From Phaeosaccion multiseriatum (lineage: Eukaryota > Protista > Ochrophyta, other classes), in the NCBI GenBank assembly GCA_965112735.1, contig OZ218955.1, positions 2,852,001 to 2,916,000 on the forward strand: a stretch of DNA of 64,000 bases, read 5' to 3'. Under the pieces are notes generated by a model that was not told the DNA's origin, made no database searches, and worked only from the letters and a program-made list of their open reading frames with translations. Position numbers and translations under genes: made by a program. The number at the start of each line of letters is the position of its first letter. Within the stretch, counting starts at the first letter, position 1. Below, one piece after another: positions 62,798-64,000 of the stretch.

Positions 62798-63783
62798 GCT
62801 TAGGGCCGGACTTGTGTCTGGGAAGCTGCTCTGAGATAAGGCGAAGGGGAGGATAAAAGGGGGCCGGGGGCACAACGTATGCGCCCGGCACAAATGGCGA
62901 TTCTGTATCACCACCTCATTGGGATGTTGTACGGCCGCCAGATGATCAGACAACCATTGATCAGCTATATGATCAGCTGCCTCGGATGTGGCCCTTCTTA
63001 ATCCTCTCAGCATATGAGTAGGTGCGTTGGTATAGAGGCGAAGGAAGAGAATGAAGCAGATCGGGTTTTTTTTTTTTTAGGGGAACCAGGCCAAAGCCCT
63101 CTCATTTGTCGATGATTAAACCTATTGGGAGGAGACTCCATGAAGTATTCACACATGACTACGCCACATTTAGCTAGATAGTATATGAGACAAATGAGAC
63201 CCTTCAGGTGCCGAGAAGGCGTGAAGAGATTAAACAGACCATCCCCAAAGTAACCCCCCCCCCCCGGTCGACTCGCTTGCTATCGGCCTTCTCTCAAAAG
63301 CGCCACACGCATAAGGCTTTGACTGGAAACAGCGGGTCGCGCTCTCCGACAGAGTCGATGTACAATAGCGGTATCAACATCTCTGCTGCGGGGGGTTACA
63401 GACTCGCTCTGCTGCCCTCGACCGCTATCCTCTGCTCCAGCCCATCTGCGCCAGGTAGGTCCAATGATCCGTGCTGCCGGCTTTATAATTTCGTACTTAG
63501 TATGTAGTCTCTCCTCAATCATCACATGACACATCTTCGTCTCTCTTTTTGGCCCCCCCTTTTACGCCACAGAGTGGAGGAGAGCAAGTATGTATGGCGC
63601 TGGATGAGACTCTCTCTCTCTCCGAGTTGCCCCCTCTGTCCCGGGAGGCGTCAGCATCGGGTACCTGGCGCCGAGACTCAGGCGTAGCTTGAACCCACCC
63701 GACCAACCTCACACCCCCCACTCAGCACACCTCCGTCCTCTTTCTACCGTTCAGCACCAGTCGGTGATACTGATACAGTAGCC

Positions 63784-64000
63784 ATGGCCTCCTCGTGCCT
63801 GGCCAAGGTGTTCGCCCTCCTGCTGCCCGAGGCAGAGGGCGGCCAGCGGTACCAGGGCGACTTGGAGCGGCTCACGCGGAAGGTTTACTCTTTCCTGGAG
63901 AGGCACGCGTGTATCGTCAGCAGCATCACTAACAGCACCGCTACTAGCAGCAGCAGCAGTAGCAGTAGCACTAGCAAGAAGTTGGGTGGGGGGGAAGCAG
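63784..64000 (+). CDS. 5' start of a hypothetical protein (runs off the window)
   Basis: GCCATGG context; open frame MASSCLAKVFALLLPEAEGGQRYQGDLERLTRKVYSFLERHACIVSS... to the window end. Confidence 0.45.
   Translation, partial: MASSCLAKVFALLLPEAEGGQRYQGDLERLTRKVYSFLERHACIVSSITNSTATSSSSSSSSTSKKLGGGEA

Overview
Intron-rich, GC-rich eukaryotic nuclear DNA. It is probably from a photosynthetic stramenopile (ochrophyte; eustigmatophyte-like by inference), because several genes carry signal peptide + 'AF/GW' + transit-peptide bipartite plastid presequences. About 15 protein genes can be reconstructed by manual splicing: an ODC-like C-terminus, an NTF2/SnoaL-like plastid protein, an iodothyronine-deiodinase-like protein, a thylakoid-lumen protein, a chromo-like protein, a PPR protein, a 20-exon anoctamin, a nodulin-like MFS transporter, a 16-exon oligopeptidase B, a signal peptide peptidase, a hypothetical protein, an intronless FNIP-repeat protein, Uso1/p115, a class I aldolase and a partial terminal gene. 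Most long ORFs in the supplied track are microsatellite artefacts. Three observations stand out. (1) The deiodinase-like gene has an in-frame TGA exactly at the catalytic Sec position (GSYS-U-PPF), and its 3'UTR can fold into a SECIS-like hairpin with a non-canonical apical motif, so it looks like a selenoprotein that the ORF track splits. (2) The short DNA motif CAGCAGTTGGTGATACAGC is strongly over-represented on both strands in introns, intergenic DNA and coding exons in several reading frames, and a variant is amplified as a 40-bp tandem array; a second motif, AGGCATATGG, behaves similarly. (3) Intronic microsatellites are often built from splice-signal words, or are complementary at the two intron ends. 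All coordinates and gene models were derived by eye; no database search was run.
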